Shown here one piece after another: positions 40,733 through 51,541 of a stretch of DNA of 64,000 nt. Below the pieces are notes generated by a model. That model was given only the letters and a program-made list of their open reading frames with translations. It made no database searches and was not told where the DNA came from. Numbering within the stretch: the stretch's first letter is position 1; every line of letters starts with the position of its first letter. Made by a program: the position numbers and the translations under genes. This DNA comes from an uncultured Gemmatimonadales bacterium (GTDB lineage Bacteria > Gemmatimonadota > Gemmatimonadetes > Gemmatimonadales > GWC2-71-9): positions 1,056,001 through 1,120,000 of the forward strand of contig CAWHFW010000005.1 of the NCBI GenBank assembly GCA_963828735.1, given 5' to 3'.

Positions 40733-43532
40733 GAGGGGCTCCTGGGACGAGAGAGAGGCCGGCGCCGAGCGAGTCGAGCGCCGGGAGATAGAAGAGATCG
40801 GCCACGGACCACGACCGGACGAACGACTGCCGCCACCGCTCAGCGCCCGCGGAGTCGCCTCGCGCGAGCAGCAGCCGGGCGAGCAGGAAGCGCTGGGGGC
40901 CGAACGCGGTCAACGGATGGTTGGCCGTGTGCGGCTCCTGAATGCGGGCCACCGAGCGACGCAGCGCCTCGATGGTGGCGGTCGTGTCGCCCGCGAGCAG
41001 CGCCAGGCGCGCCCGGAGCGACCAGCGGAGCGCATCGGCGGCCGGCTCGGAGGGCGCGGCCGGGGCGGCCCGGTCGATGCGCCCGAGCAGCTCCCGCGTC
41101 TCGGCGGAGTCGCCCTGGACCACCGCGCGATAGACCAGCGCCTCGAACGCCTGACGCAGCTCCTCCCACGGCGGTAGCGAGAAGTCGGGCGTGCGCCCCG
41201 CTCGCATCTGGGCGCGGGCCCAATCGAACATCGCCTCGGCGCGGTCGCGCGCCGGATAGCCGGCGAGCACCGCCTGCACCAGCCAGGGATCGATGGGCGC
41301 CGAGTGCGCCGCCGAATCCCAGGCCGCATACCCTTCGGCCCAGTGCCCGAGCGCGGCGCCGATCGCGAGGCGATACTGGGCGCCGCGCAGCCGCTCCTCG
41401 GGCAGGCGGTCCGACCCCTGGAGGAAGCTCGCCGCCGTATCGGCGAGTCCGAGGGCGAACCCGCCGTGGGCCCACGCGATGACCGCCTCGCTGATCGCCT
41501 GGCGATCGGCCGAGCGCAGGCGCGTGAGCGCGGCCGCCCGCTCCGGCGGCGGGCCGAAGCGCAGCTGCACCTCGGCGACCTTGCTCGGCAGGTAGGGATG
41601 ATCGGGCAGGATGCGGCGAAGGAAAGTGCGCGCGGCCGCGCTGTCGCCCGCGTAGACCGCGAGGTCCACCAGATGGTAGTAGACCGGCGCGAACGTGCTG
41701 TCGAGCGCGATCATCCGCTCGAACGCGGGCCGCGCGTCCTGCGGCGAGGCGCCGGCGAACCCGCCATAGTGGACCAGGGACTCGCCGAGGCCCAGCCAGC
41801 CGTCCACGTCGTCGCGATCGTCGAGCACCGCGCTCTGGTAGGTGGCGATGGCGCTGTCACCGTAGCCCAGGACCAGATAGCGCTGGGCCCGAAGGAGCTG
41901 CGACCAGCGCGGCGCCATCCCGTTCGCGCGGCGGAGGCCGGCCTCCACCGCGTCGAGCGCGGCCGGATAGTCGTGGCGCCAGCCGTGAACTACGCTGAGG
42001 CGCTGGTAGGCGAGCCCGCAATTCGAGTCGGCCTCGATCGCGGTGCGGAGCTCGGCCGCCGCGGCATCGAGATCGCTGGACCAGAACTTCGCCTGTGCCT
42101 GGAGCATGTGCCCCACCGCGGGCAGGACATTGGTCGCGGCGAGCACCGCCGCCGCGGATCCAAGCTCGCGGCGCTCCTGGTGCGCGATGGTGCCGACGGC
42201 GGCGGCGGCGAGCCGCCCGACGGGTCCATCGAGAGCTCTGCCGTCGGCGGTGTCGGCCGAATGGCTCAGGCGCTGGCCGCTGTCCGCCGCGAACAGGTCG
42301 ATCGTGATGCGGGGCCCAGGCTGTCCCGGCATGACGCTGCCGACGAGGAGATAGCGGCTGCCGGCGCGGCGCGTCCGCGCGAGCAGCTCGGCCAGCGGCA
42401 GATCGCGCCACCCCCGGCCGGCGGGCACGATGTCGCCCGGCTCGGTGGCGTGAAAGCCGGGCATCCAGTCGATCAGCTCGGCGAAGAGCTCGTGCGCGCG
42501 GAGCGCGCCCGCGGCGACCGCGAGGGTGTCGCCCTCGAAAGGCAGGACCGCGATCTCGACCGGCGCTCCGACGGGAGCGGTCGCGGTCGGATGGCGGCGC
42601 GCCAGGAACAGCCCCGCGAGCACCGCGGCGACGAGCGCGATCAGCACCGGCGCGGTCCAACGCTTTCGCGCCGGCGGCGCCGGGGCCGGCGCCGGCGTCC
42701 AGCCACTCGGCGCGCGCAGCGACTCGGCGAATTCCGCCGCCGTTGCCTGGCGCTGTCCCGGACGCTTGGCCAGCGCCTTCTCGATCGCCTCCGCCGCGGG
42801 CGCCGGCACCTCGGCGCGGAGCGAGCGAATCGGACGGAGCGGCGACGTCGCGTGCCGCGCCACGACCTCCTGCCGCGACGCGCCCAGAAACGGCGGCGCG
42901 CCGGTCAGCATCTCGTACGCGACGCATCCCAGCGCGTAGATGTCGGTGCGGCCGTCGAGCTCCGCGCCGGCGGCCTGCTCGGGGCTCATGTAGACCGGCG
43001 TCCCCACGACGAGACCGGTGCTCGTCACGCGGTCGTCGGCGGCGGCGCTGATGGCGCGTGCCACGCCGAAGTCGGCCACGACGGCGTGACCGGCCTGGAT
43101 CAGCACGTTCGCCGGCTTGATGTCGCGGTGGATGACGTTGAGCTTGTGCGCGTAGGCGAGCGCGTCCGCGATCTCGCGCGTGATCACGAGCGCTTCGTCC
43201 ACCGGCAGGCGGGGCTCGCGCCGGAGCCGGTCGCGCAGGGATTCGCCCTCGACGTAGGGCATGACGTAGTAGAGGAGGCCGTCGGCCTCGCCGGAATCGT
43301 GCAGGGGAAGGATGTGCGGGTGGGACAGGCGGGAGGCGATCTCGATCTCGCGCACGAAGCGCTCGGGACCGAGCGAGATGGCCACGTCTTGCCGGAGGAT
43401 CTTGACCGCGACGCGGCGAGGCTGCCGGAGGTCCTGCGCCAGATACACCGACGCCATCCCGCCTCGGCCAATCTCGCGCTCGAGCGCATAGCGCCCGCCG
43501 AGGACGGTTCCGGCACCTACGACCAAGACCAT
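40626..43532 (-). CDS. Membrane Ser/Thr protein kinase with TPR region (true stop may be near 40729)
   Basis: EIGRGGMASVY, HRDIKPAN, DFG, TM, IAVLPF. Confidence 0.88.
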   Translation of the reverse strand: MVLVVGAGTVLGGRYALEREIGRGGMASVYLAQDLRQPRRVAVKILRQDVAISLGPERFVREIEIASRLSHPHILPLHDSGEADGLLYYVMPYVEGESLRDRLRREPRLPVDEALVITREIADALAYAHKLNVIHRDIKPANVLIQAGHAVVADFGVARAISAAADDRVTSTGLVVGTPVYMSPEQAAGAELDGRTDIYALGCVAYEMLTGAPPFLGASRQEVVARHATSPLRPIRSLRAEVPAPAAEAIEKALAKRPGQRQATAAEFAESLRAPSGWTPAPAPAPPARKRWTAPVLIALVAAVLAGLFLARRHPTATAPVGAPVEIAVLPFEGDTLAVAAGALRAHELFAELIDWMPGFHATEPGDIVPAGRGWRDLPLAELLARTRRAGSRYLLVGSVMPGQPGPRITIDLFAADSGQRLSHSADTADGRALDGPVGRLAAAAVGTIAHQERRELGSAAAVLAATNVLPAVGHMLQAQAKFWSSDLDAAAAELRTAIEADSNCGLAYQRLSVVHGWRHDYPAALDAVEAGLRRANGMAPRWSQLLRAQRYLVLGYGDSAIATYQSAVLDDRDDVDGWLGLGESLVHYGGFAGASPQDARPAFERMIALDSTFAPVYYHLVDLAVYAGDSAAARTFLRRILPDHPYLPSKVAEVQLRFGPPPERAAALTRLRSADRQAISEAVIAWAHGGFALGLADTAASFLQGSDRLPEERLRGAQYRLAIGAALGHWAEGYAAWDSAAHSAPIDPWLVQAVLAGYPARDRAEAMFDWARAQMRAGRTPDFSLPPWEELRQAFEALVYRAVVQGDSAETRELLGRIDRAAPAAPSEPAADALRWSLRARLALLAGDTTATIEALRRSVARIQEPHTANHPLTAFGPQRFLLARLLLARGDSAGAERWRQSFVRSWSVADLFYLPALDSLGAGLSLVPGAPHESRPDRHRASTRQDRHWHRWPHAGTHPEAGLRWD

Positions 43533-43678
43533 GATCTCCCAGGGAGCGGCAGACCGCTAACAATACGCCAGCGGCGGGGGAATCAGCTAGGGAGTGTCCC
43601 AGGGCTCCGGGAATCTGTCGCTTCCAGGGACAGGCGCTAGGTTGGAAACGGCCTCACACCCTCGCCCGAGTACTCGCG

Positions 43679-44512
43679 ATGCCGGACAGCCTGCAATCGG
43701 TTCGAGATGCGCTCGCAGGACGCTACGCGGTCGTGCAGCCGCTTGGCCACGGGAGCATGGCCTTCGTGTTCCTGGCGGAACCGGTGGGCGGAGGATCACC
43801 GGTGGCCGTCAAGGTGCTCCGCCGCGAGCTGGCCGTCGGGTTGGGGCCGGAGCGGTTCCAGCGCGAAATCGGCATCCTGAGCCGGCTGGCGCACGCGCAC
43901 ATCGTGCCGCTGCTCGACTCGGACGCGATCGGCAGCTTCTTCTACCTGGTGATGCCCTACGTCAACGGCGAGAACCTCCGCGCGCGGCTGCAGCGCGACG
44001 GCCCGCTGCCGGTCAGCTCGGTGCGAACGATCGCGCGGGATGTAGCCGAGGCCATCGACTACGCCCACAGTCAGAACGTGCTGCACCGTGACATCAAGCC
44101 GGAGAACATCCTGCTGGAGGGAGACCGCGCGCTGGTCTGCGACTTCGGGCTGGCCCGCGCGATCGACCGGGCGGCGCTGGAACCCTCGTCGAGCGGGCTG
44201 GTGCTGGGTACGCCCGCCTACATGAGCCCCGAGCAGGCGATGGCGAGGTTGGACATCGGCCGGCCGTCCGACATATACGCCCTCGGCTGTGTGGTGTACG
44301 AGATGCTGACGGGGGAACTGCCGTTCACCGGGCCGACGGCCCAGGCCGTCATCGCGCAGCACCTCGCGGTGCCCCCGCGGTCGATGCGGGCGATTCGGCC
44401 CGAACTGTCCGAGAACCTGGAGCGGGCGGTGTTGAGCGCGCTCGCAAAGCAGCCGGGGGAGCGGCCGGGAAGTGCCTGTGGTTTGGTGAGGTCGCTGTCG
44501 GATGTGAAGTGA
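43679..44512 (+). CDS. Stand-alone Ser/Thr kinase domain protein
   Basis: LGHGSMAFV, VAVK, HRDIKPEN, DFG, GTPAYMSPEQ; no TM. Confidence 0.88.
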   Translation: MPDSLQSVRDALAGRYAVVQPLGHGSMAFVFLAEPVGGGSPVAVKVLRRELAVGLGPERFQREIGILSRLAHAHIVPLLDSDAIGSFFYLVMPYVNGENLRARLQRDGPLPVSSVRTIARDVAEAIDYAHSQNVLHRDIKPENILLEGDRALVCDFGLARAIDRAALEPSSSGLVLGTPAYMSPEQAMARLDIGRPSDIYALGCVVYEMLTGELPFTGPTAQAVIAQHLAVPPRSMRAIRPELSENLERAVLSALAKQPGERPGSACGLVRSLSDVK

Positions 44513-45056
44513 GCCTTCGCGCCGCACGCGTCAGGGCGCCGAGCGTGTCGCGGGCGAAGATGACGACCTCCAGGACGTCGGGCCGGAGGGTATCGGCGGT
44601 GGGCGGGAAGGCACCGGCCGCGGCCGAGTCGAGCGCCTTCATGGCGGCTGCTCCGCCGATCTTCTTGAGCGCAATCGCGGCGCGCTTGCGCGTCACGTCG
44701 ACGAAGTTCTGGCGGAATCGCTCGAGGTAGTCGGTCTGGTCTTCCAGCACCACCGCCGCGCCCGCGTAGTCGGCCAGCTGGCTGTATGCGGCCTGCAGCT
44801 GGCTCTTGACATGGCTCTCCTGCCCGGGGGCGGGCCCGTTCATTAGAGCCGAGATGAAGTGGTCCCGCGTCGACGCCGGCCTGCGCGCGGCGATGGCGAC
44901 CACCGAGTCGAGCTCGCCATCCATGCAGTCCTCGCACACCAGCCAGTCGTCGAGGGTCTCGCGCTCGCGCACGGTCAGGCTGCAGCTGTCGATGATCATC
45001 ACGATGATCGCGACCACCAGCAAGACGGCAAGCGCCTTGAGATCCTTGGCGGTCAT
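44349..45056 (-). CDS. Exported/membrane-anchored protein with CEDC motif and HEAT-like helix (3' end uncertain, perhaps near 44530)
   Basis: N-terminal hydrophobic helix; WLVCEDC; RAAIALKKIG; ATGA overlap with the upstream gene. Confidence 0.65.
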   Translation of the reverse strand: MTAKDLKALAVLLVVAIIVMIIDSCSLTVRERETLDDWLVCEDCMDGELDSVVAIAARRPASTRDHFISALMNGPAPGQESHVKSQLQAAYSQLADYAGAAVVLEDQTDYLERFRQNFVDVTRKRAAIALKKIGGAAAMKALDSAAAGAFPPTADTLRPDVLEVVIFARDTLGALTRAARRLTSHPTATSPNHRHFPAAPPAALRARSTPPAPGSRTVRAESPASTAGAPRGAAR

Positions 45057-46057
45057 GGGGCCGTCGCCTTCCGCTGCAGCTGCGGACAGGGGATGATATC
45101 CGCCACCTTGTCCTGGCACCACACCGTCATCCGGTTCGGAAAGAGGCGGTGGAGAAGCGAGCTCTCGTCCAAGTTCATGCGATATGCCTGTCCGAGAGTG
45201 AAGTGGTCCCGGTTCTCGTCCTCGTCTTCATCCAGACCCGACTGCATGATGTTCCGCTTCGTGAACCGAGGCGTCTTTGTATGCCCCATGACACCCCGGA
45301 GGCCGAAGGCGTGGCCCAACTCGTGGGCCAAGGTGACCTCGGTATGGTCCTGCAGCGAGATGTAGATCACGTTGGGTGCACCCCATTCGAAACAGGTGTA
45401 CCCGCGGACGTCGAACAGACTCCCGGTGTCGATGCGGGGGACGTAGTAGATGTTGATGGCCTCCGGGTCGTACATGGGGGGCTTCGACTTGAGCAGCATG
45501 TACGTGTTCTCGCACCCGATGCCGATGCTGTCGGCGCGCGGATGCGTCCTGGGAATCATCGTGACGACGCCGTTGGTGCCGAACGTGACCCCGATTCTGC
45601 TGAAGGTGAACAGCGCGGATGCCTGAAGGGTGTCGGTCGTGATGAGTCCCAGGTCGCTGCTGTTGTTCGACACCAGCCAGATGTTCAGCTTCGGCGCCAG
45701 CAGGTCCTGCATGGTGGGCGTGACGAGGTCCACGCTGTTGGTCCAGGGATCCCGCTGGGCATATGCCGCGTATGCGAGCGAGAAGACTACCAGCTCCGAT
45801 TTGCAGCGCGCCGATGGCGAGCCCCAGTCGCCGAATGCGGGAAACCCGACCGTGCCCCAGCCACGGTATTCCTCATCCGCGTCGCAGTTGCCGGCACGGC
45901 GGCCGCTGACGAGCACGATGGCCTCGGGGTCGGAATTCGGCGCTGTCAGGTCCACCCTGTCCTCAGCGACCACGCCCGCCGGGGTGCCGCGCCCCTCAAC
46001 GACGAGGAGCGCTCCCCCGAGGAGCGCGAGCCCCGCCGCGAGGAGGACCGGTCTCAT
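45053..46057 (-). CDS. Secreted zinc metalloprotease (metzincin-like)
   Basis: Signal peptide; TLAHELGHAFGL....H; NIM Met-turn. Confidence 0.8.
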   Translation of the reverse strand: MRPVLLAAGLALLGGALLVVEGRGTPAGVVAEDRVDLTAPNSDPEAIVLVSGRRAGNCDADEEYRGWGTVGFPAFGDWGSPSARCKSELVVFSLAYAAYAQRDPWTNSVDLVTPTMQDLLAPKLNIWLVSNNSSDLGLITTDTLQASALFTFSRIGVTFGTNGVVTMIPRTHPRADSIGIGCENTYMLLKSKPPMYDPEAINIYYVPRIDTGSLFDVRGYTCFEWGAPNVIYISLQDHTEVTLAHELGHAFGLRGVMGHTKTPRFTKRNIMQSGLDEDEDENRDHFTLGQAYRMNLDESSLLHRLFPNRMTVWCQDKVADIIPCPQLQRKATAP

Positions 46058-46284
46058 GGCGGCCACGGCTTCGGCTTGGGGGCCGTGCCTTCGTTGGGGC
46101 CGCCTCCCGCGGGGTAGTTCTGTCTGACCTTGTTGAAGTTGATGCCCTTCAGGCGGGTGAGAAGCCTCCTGTACTCCTTGAGCAGCGTATCGAGCTGCTT
46201 CTCTCTCGTGTTGATCTTGCTCATGTTCGACGACACCTGGCTGAAGCTGGTCACCTTGGTTAGGAATTTCTTCTTCTTGGCCAT
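46054..46284 (-). CDS. 76-aa basic small protein with Gly/Pro-rich tail
   Basis: AAGGAGGAG RBS; MAKKKKF...GGGPNEGTAPKPKPWPP; stop overlaps the protease ATG. Confidence 0.75.
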   Translation of the reverse strand: MAKKKKFLTKVTSFSQVSSNMSKINTREKQLDTLLKEYRRLLTRLKGINFNKVRQNYPAGGGPNEGTAPKPKPWPP

Positions 46285-46309
46285 GCGCTCCTCCTTAGGG
46301 TTGGTACGC

Positions 46310-49218
46310 TCACGGCACGGCGCCGGCCAGCTCCTGTCTGCCCAGCGCCAGAAGTCGATCATGGAAGTGGCTTGCGGCACCTGGCATTCCGAGAGCCCGT
46401 GCGGCCTGCATGCGCAGGCGCAGGCTCGCCGGGAGATAGAGCAGATAGGTCACCGGCTGCGGATGATCCAGCGCCGAGGCTACCTCCATTGCCTCCCGCG
46501 CCCGTCCTTGCTTCCACAAGACCTCGGCCTGCAGCATGCGCTCCGCTCCCAACGCCTCCCACTCTCCCCATTGGAGATCGCCGCCTGGCGCATGGGGCCT
46601 GAGGGCGCCCAGCCGCGCCATCGCTCGTGCGGTATCGCCCCGCAATATCGCGAGCCGCGCCTCCATGAGCCCGAGTTGCAGACTATCCGTGGGCGCCGAC
46701 GTCGCGTTGCGCTCCATGGCGCGCACGATCGCCGCGACGGCGGTCGAGTCGCGCGTGTACGCAGCCCAGACGCCGAGATACCAGAGCCGCCGGAGGCTCA
46801 TGCCTCCGTAGTCGCCCGCAAGGCTCGCCGCCACCTCGCGCGCCCGCTGGTCCAGCGGCGCACCGGCGACGGCGTCGACGACGAACATCCCCATCGCCTG
46901 CGGATTGCCGCTGGCGGCCGCCGAGTCGAGTATCCGGGCCGCCCGGTCGGCCTCGCCGCGAGCCACGAGCAGGCTCTGGAGGCCGAGCACGGCTCCCCAC
47001 CGCTCCACGGTCGAGTCCGGCAGCGCAATGACGGCACGGAATCCGCCTCGGCGCACGCGGGATACGCGCCGAGGCCCGAGAGAATCTTGGCCGCGAGCAA
47101 CGTCTCGAGCGGCGAGCGCCGTGCCAGGGAGTGCCAGTCCGTCCTGGATGCCCCGTCGCGCGCGCAGGTCACCATGAGTGAGAGCTGTGTCCCGCGATCG
47201 GCGTCGGGATGCGCCCGGTGGAACGCCGTCGCGAGGCTTTCCGCCGCGGGTAGGTCCCGCCGCCAGAGGGCCAGTTCGGCCAGGTGATAGAGCGCCGGAG
47301 CGAATTCCGGGTCCTCCCGGAGCGCCCTCACGAAGGAGGCGCTGGCCAGCGAATCGCCCCCGAGCCGCTGCGGCAGCAGGTGGAAGTACACTTCGCCCAG
47401 CGACATCCAGCCGAGGCCCCAGGTCGAGTCCAACGCAAGCGCGCGCCGGAACGACCGCTCCGCGGCGTCCGCCTCGCCAGCCATGAAGCTCTTCATCCCC
47501 TCCGCGAGCGCGACGTACTTGGTCGGCAGGATTCCCGACGAGCGAGCGCTGCGTTCACCAGCTTGGCCGCCTCGTCGCCTTTTTCCTCCCAATGGGCGGC
47601 GGCCGCCCCGCGGACGGCGGCAAGGGCCAGCGCAGAATCGGCGTCCACCGCTCGCTCGAAGTGATCGAGCGCGTCCTTGAACCGCGCTTGGCGATAGTCA
47701 CGCTCGCCCTGGAGCCAGTTGGCGATCGCATCCGGCCGCCCCGCCCCCAGCTCAGCGGGCATGCTCCGGCCGGCTGGATGACCGGACTGGACCAGGGCCG
47801 GGAGCAGGCGGATCGAGGCCCGCAACCCTAGCTGGAGCAGCGAGCGCTCGTCCGCTGCCCCAGTCTCGCTGCTGCGCAGAAGCAGGGAGTCGCCCACCGC
47901 GTCGTGGAGCCGCAGCACGACGGTGGCCGAGTCGCCGTCCACCACCATCGAGCCATCCACGAAGTAGCGCGCCTGCTGGCGCAGGCTGAGCGCCCTGGCC
48001 GTCGCGTCATCCACGGAACGCGGGTCATTGCGCTGGGCCTCAGAAAGCCAGGTCCACCCGTCGATCCACTTGAGCGGCTCACTGCGCTCGAACGCGCTAC
48101 CGATCATGATGGCGACAGCCTCCCTCGGCCACGGGTGGCGGACGCGGTCCCGTGCTGGACGAGGGGAAACACCATCACCTTGTTCCGATCGGGGGCAGCG
48201 TTGGGAGAGTGCCGCACCACCAGATCGCCACCACTCCGGCGGCCGCGAGCGCGCCCACCCATAGACGCGCCCCGTGTCGCCTGCGCCCCCTGGCGGCGGC
48301 CAGTCCCTGGGCGTTTCGCCGAGGTGCCGAGGAAGCGACCTCCTCTTCCTCCATCGCCTCGACGAATTCCGCCGCGGTCGCGAACCGGTCGGCGGGCACC
48401 TTCGACAGCGCCCGCTGTACCGTCGCCTCCAGCTCCGAGGACAACGTGGGGCGCACGACACGGAGCGAAGGCGGTGGATCCATCCTGTGGCGGGCCAGGA
48501 CGATCTGCGCGCTCCGCCCGGTGAACGGCGGCTCGCCGGCCAGCATCTCGTACAGCACACAGCCGAGCGCGTACACGTCGGCCCGCGCGTCCACCCCGTG
48601 ATCCCCGCTGCCCTGCTCGGGGCTCATGTACTCCGGCGTACCGATCGCGAGGCCCGTCGCCGTCAGGTCGTCATCGTCCGCCTCCGAGATCGCCTTCGCG
48701 ATCCCGAAGTCGGCAACGAGCGCGTGGCTTCCACCGGCGGCTTCTCCTTCGCGCGACGGGTTCCCGGTCAGCAGGATGTTGGCGGGCTTGATGTCGCGGT
48801 GGACCACCTGCTGCGCGTGCGCGTAGCTCAGCGCTTCGGCGACTTCACCGGTGATCTGCAGCGCGTCCGCCAGGCGAAGCTGCTTCTCCCTTCGGATTCG
48901 CTCCTTGAGGGTCTCGCCGTCGACGTACGGCATGACGTAGTAGAGGAACCCGTCGGCCGTGCCCGAGTCGTAGAGCGGCAGGATGTGGGGATGCTGGAGG
49001 CGGGCCTCGATGCGAATCTCGCGGAGGAAGCGCTCGGCGCCGATGGCCGCGGCCAGCTCCGGCCGGAGCACCTTGATGGCGACGTCGCGATCGTGCTGCC
49101 GATCGTGGGCCAGGTAGACGTGGGCCATGCCCCCGGAGCCGATCTCGCGATCCAGCTCGTAGCGGGGCGCGAGCGCGACCCGCAACCGTTCCACCTGTTC
49201 CATTACGGCGGAACCCAT
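46310..49218 (-). CDS. Membrane Ser/Thr kinase with TPR region (several frameshifts; possible pseudogene)
   Basis: Kinase in 48175..49272; C-terminal pieces in 47493..48560, 46798..47592 and 46310..47056. Confidence 0.75.
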
Positions 49219-49423
49219 GGTGCACCCCTGGCGGCGGGACGCAGGCCCGCCGGTCCGTGGATGGGAGACCAATTCATCCTTGGCTCCCCACCGTGAATTG
49301 TCCGTGAACTGGAACGAAAGGATGAAGCCGCACCCATGAGGGCACCGCCTCTGTCGTCGAGTTGGGATGTGGCCTACTATACAGCGCGGAGGGCAGGGCG
49401 CAAGAAGCCTGGGCTCGACCGGC

Positions 49424-50944
49424 CTACAGGATGTACCTCCGCAAGTCGTCGTCGTTCACGATCTTGGCCAGTCGCTCGCGCACCGACGTGGCGTCGTACA
49501 CGATGCGCTTCTCGGGCCAGTCGGGCAGCTCGAACAGGACCTCTTCCATCAGCGCGGCCATCACGGTGTGGAGCCGCCGCGCGCCGATGTTCTCCATCCG
49601 GTCGTTCGCCATGAAGGCCACGCGCGCCAGCTCGGCGATCCCGTCCGCCGTGAACTCCAGCTCCACTCCCTCGGCGGCCACGAGCGCCTGGTACTGCTTC
49701 GTGAGCGCGTTCTCCGGCTCGGTCATGATCCGGATGAAGTCCTGCTCGGTGAGCGGTTGCAGCTCGACCCGGATCGGGAAGCGGCCCTGAAGCTCGGGGA
49801 TCAGGTCCGACGGCTTGGAGACGTGGAACGCGCCGGCCGCGATGAACAGGATGTGATCGCTCCGGACGTAGCCGTACCGGGTCTGGATGGTGGAGCCCTC
49901 GACGATGGGCAGGAGATCCCGCTGGACGCCCTCCCGGCTCACGTCCGGCCCGCCGCCCTGGCTGCGCTCGCCGGCGATCTTGTCGAGCTCGTCGATGAAG
50001 ATGATGCCATGGTTCTCGACCCGGTCGAGGGATTCGTTCACCACGTCGTCCATGTCCACCAGCTTCTTGAGCTCCTCGTCCACCAGGACCCGACGGGCCT
50101 CGGGCACCTTCACCGTGCGCCGCTTGGTGCGCTTGGGGAGCATCTCCTGCAGCATCTCGGTGAAGTTGATGTCCGGCCCCTCCATGCCCTGGGGCGGCTG
50201 CATCATCTCCATCATAGGAAAGCTCTGGGGGGTGACGTCGATCTCGACTTCACGGTCATCGAGCTCCCCCGCGGCCAGCATGGCGCGCAGCTTCTCGCGG
50301 GAGCGGCTCCGCCGGTCGTCGTCGCCCGTGGATGCGCGCTCGGCCTTCGCCTGGCCGCTCGATCCCACGACGAAGACGGGTCCTCGCTCCGGTTTCTCCG
50401 ACTTGTCCGCCCGGTCGGCCGGCGCGGGCGCGGGTGGCAGCAGCAGATCGAGCAGCCGCTCGTCGGCCCGTTGCTCCGCCTGCGGGAACACCTCGTCCTC
50501 GCGCTCGGTGCGCACCATGTTGATCGCGGCGTCCACCAGATCGCGCACCATACTCTCGGCGTCGCGGCCGACGTATCCCACCTCGGTGAACTTCGACGCC
50601 TCGACCTTGATGAATGGCGCTCCGCTCAACCGGGCGAGGCGCCGCGCCACCTCGGTTTTTCCGACGCCGGTCGGCCCGATCATGATGATGTTGTACGGCG
50701 TGATCTCGTCCCGGATGTCGTCGGGCGCCTGCGCACGGCGCCACCGATTCCGGACGGCGATGGCGACCGCCTTCTTGGCGGCCTCCTGGCCGACGATGTA
50801 GCGGTTGAGCTCGGCGACGATCTGCCGCGGCGGCATCTCCTCGAGCCAGGGGAGCGGTGCCTCGGCCTCGGGTGCGTTGGGAAGGGGAGCGGGGTTGGGC
50901 ATGGGGTGCATGGCGGGAGTCCCGGGCGGCGAGTCGTGGGTCAC
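49424..50944 (-). CDS. hslU: HslUV protease ATPase subunit
   Basis: GPTGVGKTE, EASKFTEVGYVGRD, FIDELDK, NIGARRL. Confidence 0.97.
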   Translation of the reverse strand: MTHDSPPGTPAMHPMPNPAPLPNAPEAEAPLPWLEEMPPRQIVAELNRYIVGQEAAKKAVAIAVRNRWRRAQAPDDIRDEITPYNIIMIGPTGVGKTEVARRLARLSGAPFIKVEASKFTEVGYVGRDAESMVRDLVDAAINMVRTEREDEVFPQAEQRADERLLDLLLPPAPAPADRADKSEKPERGPVFVVGSSGQAKAERASTGDDDRRSRSREKLRAMLAAGELDDREVEIDVTPQSFPMMEMMQPPQGMEGPDINFTEMLQEMLPKRTKRRTVKVPEARRVLVDEELKKLVDMDDVVNESLDRVENHGIIFIDELDKIAGERSQGGGPDVSREGVQRDLLPIVEGSTIQTRYGYVRSDHILFIAAGAFHVSKPSDLIPELQGRFPIRVELQPLTEQDFIRIMTEPENALTKQYQALVAAEGVELEFTADGIAELARVAFMANDRMENIGARRLHTVMAALMEEVLFELPDWPEKRIVYDATSVRERLAKIVNDDDLRRYIL

Positions 50945-50969
50945 GTGCCCACGGCTCGCGGCCGCCAGG

Positions 50970-51509
50970 TCACGCCGGAAGCTCCAGAATGGTGATGTGC
51001 TTGTTGGTGAACACGCAAATGTCCGCGGCGATCTCGAGCGAGCGCTGCACGATCTCGTGGGCGCCGAGGCTGTCCATCGGCAGGAGCGCCCGCGCGGCGG
51101 CCAGCGCGTAGTTGCCGCCCGAGCCCACGGCGACCATGCCGTCGTCCGGCTCGATCAGCTCGCCGGAGCCGCTGAGCAGGAAGCAGTGCTCGACGTCGGC
51201 CACCACAAGCAGCGCCTCGAGCCGACGCAGCACGCGGTCGCTCCGCCAGTCCTTGGCCAGCTCGACCGCCGCGCGCGGCAGGTTGGCCGGGTAGCGGTCG
51301 AGCTTCTCCTCGAACTTCTCGTAGAGCGTGAGCGCGTCGGCCACCGAGCCCGCGAATCCCGCCAGCACCTTGCCGCCCTTGAGCGCGCGCACCTTGGTGG
51401 ACCGCGACTTCATCACGGTCTCCCCGATGCTGACCTGCCCGTCGCCGCCGAGGGCGACCCGGCCGTCCTTGCGGACGGCGAGGATGGTAGTGCCGTGGAA
51501 GTGAGTCAC
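50970..51509 (-). CDS. hslV: HslUV protease peptidase subunit
   Basis: [21 protein letters not shown]. Confidence 0.97.
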   Translation of the reverse strand: MTHFHGTTILAVRKDGRVALGGDGQVSIGETVMKSRSTKVRALKGGKVLAGFAGSVADALTLYEKFEEKLDRYPANLPRAAVELAKDWRSDRVLRRLEALLVVADVEHCFLLSGSGELIEPDDGMVAVGSGGNYALAAARALLPMDSLGAHEIVQRSLEIAADICVFTNKHITILELPA

Positions 51510-51541
51510 GCGCTGATCGCTTTCCGTGGAGTGTGCCTGCC

